Positions 57,851 through 64,000 of a stretch of DNA of 64,000 nucleotides are shown piece after piece. A program made the translations under genes and the position numbers. The notes beneath the pieces are model-generated. The model ran no database searches. It was not told the origin of the DNA and was given only the letters and a program-made list of their open reading frames with translations. The number at the start of each line of letters is the position of its first letter. Positions within the stretch are counted from its first letter, which is position 1. The DNA comes from an uncultured Deferribacteres bacterium (GTDB lineage Bacteria; Zhuqueibacterota; Zhuqueibacteria; Zhuqueibacterales; Geothermadaptataceae): contig CAXHAT010000003.1 of the NCBI GenBank assembly GCA_964014485.1, positions 30,359-94,358 of the forward strand. The letters are read 5' to 3'.

Positions 57851-58492
57851 TTACGCAGACTCTGTTTTGAAATCCATTTTGATTACGCTCGATTCTACTG
57901 GATGGGCGGCGTCTTCATGCGTCAACTCGACTGGCAGAGTGACGACCAAGTGCAGTAATGGCTTCCAGCGCGCGCCTTCGCCCATGCCCGACCAGAACTC
58001 GGCGTAGGTTTTGGCGTTTTCCGCGGGCAGAATTTCCGTTGGGAAATTCGTTTCGCGGTACGCTTCCGGCCATGCGGCGAATTCATTTGCACCCTTCGAG
58101 TATATTTTCGCCGGATTGAGCGGCATATTATTGACCAGAGCGGCGGTTGCGGCATAGAGCAATTTGTGCTCATCGATAACCGGTTCGATTTGCGGCGTTG
58201 CGTTTGCCGGACTCCAAGCCGTGATGAAATAATGACACTCGATACGGAACGGCCGGGGCTTTTCGCTCACCATGCCGTTCGTGATACTTCTTAATTTCTC
58301 ATTGGACCGCAAACCGCGATTCTCACGCAATTCATACAAATAAATATTGAGCGCATTCACAGAACCAAGCTTCGACAAGTGCGTGCGCCACTCGCCGTCT
58401 GGCGGTTGAAACCCTGTCTGTCCGGCGTCTTTAATTTCGTCGATTCCTGCGATGAATAGATCGCGCAGGAGGTTGTCGAGAAGGTGTAGCAT
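57851..58492 (-). CDS. DUF4255 / Pvc16 tail terminator (Afp16-like)
   Basis: F.PPD..W, LN.YLY.LREN..LR, Y.ITAW, FW......KP.L..VVTLP. Confidence 0.9.
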   Translation of the reverse strand: MLHLLDNLLRDLFIAGIDEIKDAGQTGFQPPDGEWRTHLSKLGSVNALNIYLYELRENRGLRSNEKLRSITNGMVSEKPRPFRIECHYFITAWSPANATPQIEPVIDEHKLLYAATAALVNNMPLNPAKIYSKGANEFAAWPEAYRETNFPTEILPAENAKTYAEFWSGMGEGARWKPLLHLVVTLPVELTHEDAAHPVESSVIKMDFKTESA

Positions 58493-58510
58493 AGATAAAT
58501 TTCACTCACA

Positions 58511-60424
58511 TCATAGAAGCCGAGGTGCTCCCATGGATACATAGAACGGGTTTTCCTTAATGTCCTTAGCTCTAACCCACGCTGCTCCACGGGTACCGAC
58601 TCGCTGCACCAACCACATTTCTCCCTTTTTCTTCAGCAGGTTCACTTGTTCCCCTTTTTCATAAAAGCTATCAAGGGCATAAGCTGATTTCTCTTCCGGT
58701 AGGAAATACTTGTATGCCTTCCCTCCCTTTTTGATAGTCGCTGTCCCAATTGGAATTGGGAGCGTTGCGTCTTCGGGGGCCCAAAAGCCTTTCAATTTAC
58801 TCTTCTTTAAAACAGGAGCACCCCGTGACTTTGTACTATTCCCCCCGCTGGGCTTATCCTTGTTCTCCAGATCAGCTAAACTGTACGCATTGAAGGACGA
58901 GCCTCTTGGTACCATATGGGAAACCAAAAATACACCTTCATCATGTCGCACATCAGCGACTAGACCCACATGCCCGTTCCACAACATGAGATCACCAGCG
59001 CGCGGATCCGTCTTCCGAAAGCTACCCCCGAATACATTTACGATAATACTGATCATGTATAGTGTGGCGACTTTTTCTGTCGCTTCACCGAATATATCTC
59101 CGAGACCTACTTCACGCATCATCCACTGAACGGCTTCAGAGCAATCGAAATTGCCTTCAATATTATAATCACGCCCTCCATCTTTTTCCTGCCAATATAT
59201 TGTTCCGCGCTTGGTGGTCTCTAACTGAAACTTAACTGCCGTTAGGGACCGTGTTTGTACTGGATCTTTCGTCGCTTTTATATCCTTTTCTAATTCCGGG
59301 AGCAGAGCGGCTATATCATCACTTTTGAACTTTATCAACTCTCTTTTTTTCTTGTATGATTGCCTTATTCTCTTGTTTTTAAGCTCTTTAGGCATTTTTC
59401 CTGCACCTTTTTTGTCCCTATACAATTGGTCAGCAATGTCCACCCAGTACTGTATCCGCTCTTCTGGCAGTCTCCTCAACCACCAGTTTTCGATGCCTTT
59501 TACTGCCCCGGCCACAGTGTCCTTGATGGGTTTCGCTTTCTCGATCAACCAGTCACTCCAATTCTGTTCTTCGGAATCCTGTTTTGATGTGACCGGAATC
59601 CTGATTTTCTCACATGCATTGAAGCCCTTAACGGTTTTTCCTGTCTTTTGTACTCGCCACTCCTGAAGCTTGGGTTTTGGGTTAGCAGCGCTCAACGCTT
59701 CAATTGTGATATTATACTTTTGGGCGATGTGTCGAAGGGTATCACCTGGTAAAACTACGTAAATGTTAGGGTCAGTTGATACCTTAGGCTTACACGCCGT
59801 AGCGTCGGATGTATCTTTCCGCTTAACATGGGGTTGCGCATAAGTACTACGCGCTACAGAATCGCCTTTGTTTTGTTCGTGATCCTTCTTTTCCACTCCC
59901 GGTGTTGGCGTTTGTAGAGCTTGCTCCGCCATCTGACCCGCTTCACGTTTTGAAGTGTCTCCCGGTGCGCTGAATTTTAGCTCCGGCCGCGCAACGTTTA
60001 ATTGCATAGGGTGCTCGCTATCCTTATTCGCAGAATTTTCCGACACATTAAGCAACTGCCGTGAGTCAGTCGCAAACCCATCATCGGGTTGGACATGAGT
60101 ATTTCCCGCTACAGAATCGCCTTTGTTTTGTTCGAGGTCCTTCTTTTCCACTCCTGGTGCCAGCGTTTGCAATTCTTGTTTTGCCATCTGATCCGCTTTA
60201 AGCTCAGAAGCGTCTCTCGGCACACTGGATTTCAGCTCCGGCCGCGCAACGTTCAATAGCTTAGGATGCTCACTCTCCTTGTTCGCAGAATTTTCCGGCA
60301 CATTAAGAAGCTGCCGTGAGTCGACCGCAAACCCTTCATCAGCACGCACCTGATGCATCGACCGCTTTTTAATCTTGTGGGCTTCCTCTTGTGTGCGTTT
60401 TTTTAGATCGGCTCTGGTATGCAT
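58511..60424 (-). CDS. candidate eCIS cargo: duplicated leader + LysM + NlpC/P60-like hydrolase + SH3-like tail
   Basis: Y.V.PGDTL..IA.KY..T...L..AN LysM; FDCS..VQW...PRAGDL..W.GHVG.V...SH; 85-aa repeat x2. Confidence 0.75.
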   Translation of the reverse strand: MHTRADLKKRTQEEAHKIKKRSMHQVRADEGFAVDSRQLLNVPENSANKESEHPKLLNVARPELKSSVPRDASELKADQMAKQELQTLAPGVEKKDLEQNKGDSVAGNTHVQPDDGFATDSRQLLNVSENSANKDSEHPMQLNVARPELKFSAPGDTSKREAGQMAEQALQTPTPGVEKKDHEQNKGDSVARSTYAQPHVKRKDTSDATACKPKVSTDPNIYVVLPGDTLRHIAQKYNITIEALSAANPKPKLQEWRVQKTGKTVKGFNACEKIRIPVTSKQDSEEQNWSDWLIEKAKPIKDTVAGAVKGIENWWLRRLPEERIQYWVDIADQLYRDKKGAGKMPKELKNKRIRQSYKKKRELIKFKSDDIAALLPELEKDIKATKDPVQTRSLTAVKFQLETTKRGTIYWQEKDGGRDYNIEGNFDCSEAVQWMMREVGLGDIFGEATEKVATLYMISIIVNVFGGSFRKTDPRAGDLMLWNGHVGLVADVRHDEGVFLVSHMVPRGSSFNAYSLADLENKDKPSGGNSTKSRGAPVLKKSKLKGFWAPEDATLPIPIGTATIKKGGKAYKYFLPEEKSAYALDSFYEKGEQVNLLKKKGEMWLVQRVGTRGAAWVRAKDIKENPFYVSMGAPRLL

Positions 60425-60456
60425 GATTTTTCTCGTTTAATATCGAGATGTCAGAT

Positions 60457-62679
60457 TCATATCTCAAGACCCGGAGGAATACTGCCTCCCATCTTCTGGT
60501 ATTCACGCCGCGCGGCTTTAAGCACGTGCGCATGATCGACTTTATCGCCGTCTTCCGCTGCCAAAAATGCGGAGGCCAGGACGATATTTTTAATATTACC
60601 GCCGCTGAGTTTGAACTGTTTTGCCAAAAAATCGAAATCAACGTCGTCGGTCATAGGCGTTTCTTCCGGCCAAAGGCGCTGCCAGATGCGCCGACGCGCG
60701 GCTTCATCGGGAAAAGGGAAAAAGATTGTAAAAGCCAGACGGCGGATAAACGCTTCGTCAAGATTATCACGCAAATTGGTCGCAAGAATGGTCACGCCTT
60801 CGAACGCTTCCATTTTTTGCAGTAGGTAGGAAATCTCGATATTTGCGTAACGGTCATGCGCGTCGCGCACCTGGCTGCGCTTACCGAACAGCGCATCAGC
60901 TTCGTCGAAAAACAAAATGGCGCCGGCGTTTTCGGCTTCCGTGAAAATGCGGTCGAGATTCTTCTCGGTTTCGCCAATGTATTTACTCACCACGCCGGCA
61001 AGATCGATTTTGAACAAGTCGAAATCCAGTGCATTTGCGATGATTTCCGCCGCCATCGTTTTGCCCGTGCCGGAAGGTCCCGCAAAGAGTGCGTTTACAC
61101 CTTTGCCTGCGGAAATTTTGCGGGTGAATCCCCATTCGTTCCAGACTTTGCGGTGATGGATCACGCGGCGGCACATTTCACGCAGTTGCGCCAGTGCATC
61201 TTCCGGCAGAACAATATCATCCCACGTATAGATCGCGGTTATTTTTGTCGCGAGATTTGCTAGCCTTGAATCAAACTGTTTGCGTGCATTCACCGCCAAA
61301 TCGGCGTACGAAGGCATTCCGCCAACGCTGCTGCTTCGTGTGGAGCGAATCGCATTCGAAATTTGGCCGGCGGTGAGTTTGTAGCGACTCGCAAGCTGCT
61401 CGACGTCAATCGAATCGCCTTTCGTAAATGAATCGCGGAGATGTTTTTGCCAAATTCGTTTACGCGTCGCGTAATCGGGCGGAGGAATTTTCAATGAGAG
61501 GATGTTTGCAGCCCGCGGCGGTTTCGGTAAAGGGCTTTCGCTGCCGAAGAATACAAACCAGCCCATATCCGTGATTTCGTGAAGCAGAGTGCGCCGCAAA
61601 TAATGTGAATCCTTTCCCGAATCCGAGATTCTTTCGACATGATCAAAGTAAACCGCGAAAGATAGCAATAGACTTTCGCGCAAAATCAGGCGGATTCTTT
61701 TGCGGAAGTTTTCCGCGGATTGCGAGATAGAACGAATGTCAACGACAACACACGCAATCCCGGCCTCTTTACATATCGCGCGCGCCATTATTTTCTTGCC
61801 CGTTCCAGGAAGACCATAGAAATGCAAGACAGGGCGTTGTGAAGGCGCGGCATGAACGAACTTTTGTGCGGCCGTCTTGATTTTTTGCTGGAACGAATTG
61901 GAAATGATGATATCGTCCCACTGAGCGGGAGGTAAAAATCTCAAAAATCTCGCCGGGCCCTGAGCAACTGTTGTCGGATCCAAAAAATAATGCAGAAGGC
62001 GAGGGGTGAGCCGCAACCATGTCTGTCGGTTGGAAAATGGTTTGCGGCTTTCTAACAGCTTTATCAAACCAAAATATCGTAGCGGAGCATTCGATTGGAA
62101 AGCGAGAAGCGAACGGAGGCGCTCCGTTTGCGATTCGCAGAGTAAGTTCAACACAAAATCAACGCTAACTTCTCCTTTCCCGCTGTCATTTTGTAAACGT
62201 TTATAAAGCGCTTCGAAGCTTGCGTCGATTTGCGGAGCAAGGCATATGAGAAGCACAGATGCTTCGAAAGATGATAGTTGAAAAGTCGATTTAAGCTTCT
62301 GCAACGGTAAAATGACGTCCCGAGCATACGCGGCCTGAAGTTTAAACTCGATTTGATTCCTGAGAGATTTCGCATTAATACAGGCTTTTGAGTCGTCAGA
62401 ATCCAGCGCCCCATTCGAAGAATTTTTGGTCAGATTTTGTGAATTTGGATCTATCGCGAAAGCGGTCTTATCATTTGCGTCAAGAACGCTTAGGAAAGAT
62501 GGTTTTGAATTCTCCGAATGACGGTTTTCTTCTTTTTGAAGGCGCTCGATTGCAAGGGCACGCACCCATGCCATCTCATCACAAAGGTGCTCATGATGAT
62601 GTGTATATTTCTGATCATCGCTACTTTTTTGCTCGGAAACAATTTTCGATCTCCGAGTATCAATTACATTAGCAGGCAT
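60457..62679 (-). CDS. eCIS AAA+ ATPase (Afp15-like)
   Basis: Two Walker A motifs (GLPGTGKK, GPSGTGKT), VVSKYIGETEKNL, FFDEADALFGKR, DRYAN.E.SYLLQ. Confidence 0.95.
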   Translation of the reverse strand: MPANVIDTRRSKIVSEQKSSDDQKYTHHHEHLCDEMAWVRALAIERLQKEENRHSENSKPSFLSVLDANDKTAFAIDPNSQNLTKNSSNGALDSDDSKACINAKSLRNQIEFKLQAAYARDVILPLQKLKSTFQLSSFEASVLLICLAPQIDASFEALYKRLQNDSGKGEVSVDFVLNLLCESQTERLRSLLAFQSNAPLRYFGLIKLLESRKPFSNRQTWLRLTPRLLHYFLDPTTVAQGPARFLRFLPPAQWDDIIISNSFQQKIKTAAQKFVHAAPSQRPVLHFYGLPGTGKKIMARAICKEAGIACVVVDIRSISQSAENFRKRIRLILRESLLLSFAVYFDHVERISDSGKDSHYLRRTLLHEITDMGWFVFFGSESPLPKPPRAANILSLKIPPPDYATRKRIWQKHLRDSFTKGDSIDVEQLASRYKLTAGQISNAIRSTRSSSVGGMPSYADLAVNARKQFDSRLANLATKITAIYTWDDIVLPEDALAQLREMCRRVIHHRKVWNEWGFTRKISAGKGVNALFAGPSGTGKTMAAEIIANALDFDLFKIDLAGVVSKYIGETEKNLDRIFTEAENAGAILFFDEADALFGKRSQVRDAHDRYANIEISYLLQKMEAFEGVTILATNLRDNLDEAFIRRLAFTIFFPFPDEAARRRIWQRLWPEETPMTDDVDFDFLAKQFKLSGGNIKNIVLASAFLAAEDGDKVDHAHVLKAARREYQKMGGSIPPGLEI

Positions 62680-63262
62680 ACCGCCCCTTTAATCAATAAC
62701 TGAATGTGCTTTGATCGAAAGTAGAGATTGAACCCTAAGGTGCGGTGATAAAAAAAGGGATGCTTTGCTTCTCGTCAAGCTTTATTTTACAAATGAGTTT
62801 GACCAATATCGATTGTTAAGTAGCTGATGGGTGAAAATATCCCCTAGGATATTGTTATTATGATGTTTAGCGTCGGGAAAAATTTTTTTGACTTTTGAGT
62901 TCCAATGCTATTGACGAATCCTTGTAAACTGAATTCGTCCTGGGTAATTCAAGCGCGCGATCATTTTAAAGATTTTCTTGAAATGACGGTTTTTCCCGAT
63001 TTCGCTCGTGACGGTTTACGCGGCAGTTGTTTTACGTATACTGAACGGATGATCATGTCAAATGTCATGTTGTGTTTGATGCCAAAAAGGATTGTAAAGA
63101 ACAAACGCCACGGTCTGGAAAGCTGACAACGGTTGAAGATGAATTCGTTTTTGTAAAAAAATAGATGATTACAAATTCAATAAGTTGATCGTTTAAAGGC
63201 GGCGATCTTATCGGCGGTCCAACAGTGGTGGGAATTGTCTTTGGGCATTACCGGTGTTGTCG

Positions 63263-63535
63263 TCATTCATTTTCCGTTTCCGCCAGAAAATTTTTCATCA
63301 TCTCATCCAGGTTTATCTTCAGTTCTGGCGTAACGTCCAGCGCTTCAACCAGAAGTTTTTGCACCTGTTGCAAGTCTTTGACATACCTCCAATCGAGTAT
63401 TTGGGGTTCGCTCCTACGAGCATGCGCCAAAATTAGCTTTTGCATCAATGCCATAAAAAGCGTGTATGTTTTTCCGAATTCGTTATCAAAAGCGGCCATG
63501 AGTTCAACAGCAGAATTTTTATCTTGTAGGTTCAT
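63263..63535 (-). CDS. hypothetical protein
   Basis: 90-aa helical ORF with GGAG upstream. Confidence 0.5.
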   Translation of the reverse strand: MNLQDKNSAVELMAAFDNEFGKTYTLFMALMQKLILAHARRSEPQILDWRYVKDLQQVQKLLVEALDVTPELKINLDEMMKNFLAETENE

Positions 63536-63893
63536 TTTTGTTGTTCACTCCACTCTATATTTTTTTCGATTTTACATTTCGCTAATCCGTGAGAGATGTT
63601 CAAATTACACTGAGATTCATGCGAAAATCATCGATTCTACAATTTTAATCAAATCCCAAACTGCTAGCCCTTGCCGATCTTGCGAATGTGCGCCATGATC
63701 ATTCTCCATTTTTTGACGTGAAGTTTGCGGAAGGACGTGTTGTGTGATTTGAAAATGGCGTAGAAGGAAAATCGGCGGGATGAAAACGTCGAATTCACGC
63801 TGAAAAGACAAGACCGAACTTGCTTTCCAGTCCATAAATGCTTAGTTTTCAGTCTGATGAATGGGAAATCCTGACCGATTTCCTTCTACTTTC

Positions 63894-63931
63894 AGCCCGA
63901 CGTGCGCGGCAACGCGCGTCGGGCTTTTTTT
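63894..63931 (+). terminator. strong hairpin + U-tract
   Basis: AGCCCGACGTGCGCGGCAACGCGCGTCGGGCT followed by T-tract. Confidence 0.7.
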
Positions 63932-64000
63932 ATGTCTTTTGTTTTTTCAGTATAGGCGTTAACTCACCAAAAATCAATGAGAAAGCTCTCTTTTGGAGAA

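Larger units (their letters stand above)
35333..62679 (-). other. extracellular contractile injection system (eCIS, Afp/PVC-like) locus
   Basis: Co-oriented AAA+ ATPase, DUF4255, sheath, tube, chaperone, Afp7-like, VgrG, PAAR-like, gp25, baseplate J, tail protein I and fibres; no capsid/terminase and no T6SS membrane complex in the window. Confidence 0.93.

Noticed and set aside
47383..62679. Prophage or T6SS
   Set aside because: No capsid, portal or terminase; no TssJLM/TssK/ClpV; gene set matches eCIS
63851..63895. Hammerhead ribozyme (CTGATGA)
   Set aside because: No properly placed GAAA core after stem II and no closing stems seen

Overview
Bacterial genomic window. The lineage is probably FCB-related (KSB1/Calditrichota-like); this is inferred only from the T9SS sorting domains, PorP/SprF and abundant palindromic intergenic repeats. 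Left to right it contains: (1) the start of a biosynthetic cluster, with a NodU/CmcH carbamoyltransferase followed by an NRPS whose 5' end runs off the window and is missed by the ORF track; (2) a small accessory patch (pentapeptide-TIR protein, BrnTA with a frameshifted toxin, SRPBCC, AlkD-like); (3) an ~12 kb envelope operon combining PorP/SprF, one ExbB/TolQ, two ExbD/TolR, a TonB-like protein, a TPR lipoprotein and two T9SS-CTD proteins with cohesin/dockerin/VWA domains; (4) TldD, DUF2911, an S9 peptidase and an ECF sigma factor; (5) tRNA-Asn with an integrated ~9 kb element. The element carries a large serine recombinase whose stop codon lies in the tRNA, an RHH protein, a primase/ATPase, and a QatB/QatC-like pair in which the QueC-family enzyme is fused to a putative DNA-binding domain and followed by tandem palindromic operators; (6) a toxin-antitoxin array punctuated by palindromic repeats; (7) an apparently complete ~27 kb extracellular contractile injection system (eCIS). 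The eCIS has two modular tail fibres sharing a duplicated N-terminus, a probable programmed -1 frameshift in the tail-assembly chaperone, a DUF4157 protein and a LysM-NlpC/P60 candidate effector. All assignments come from reading motifs by eye; no searches were run.
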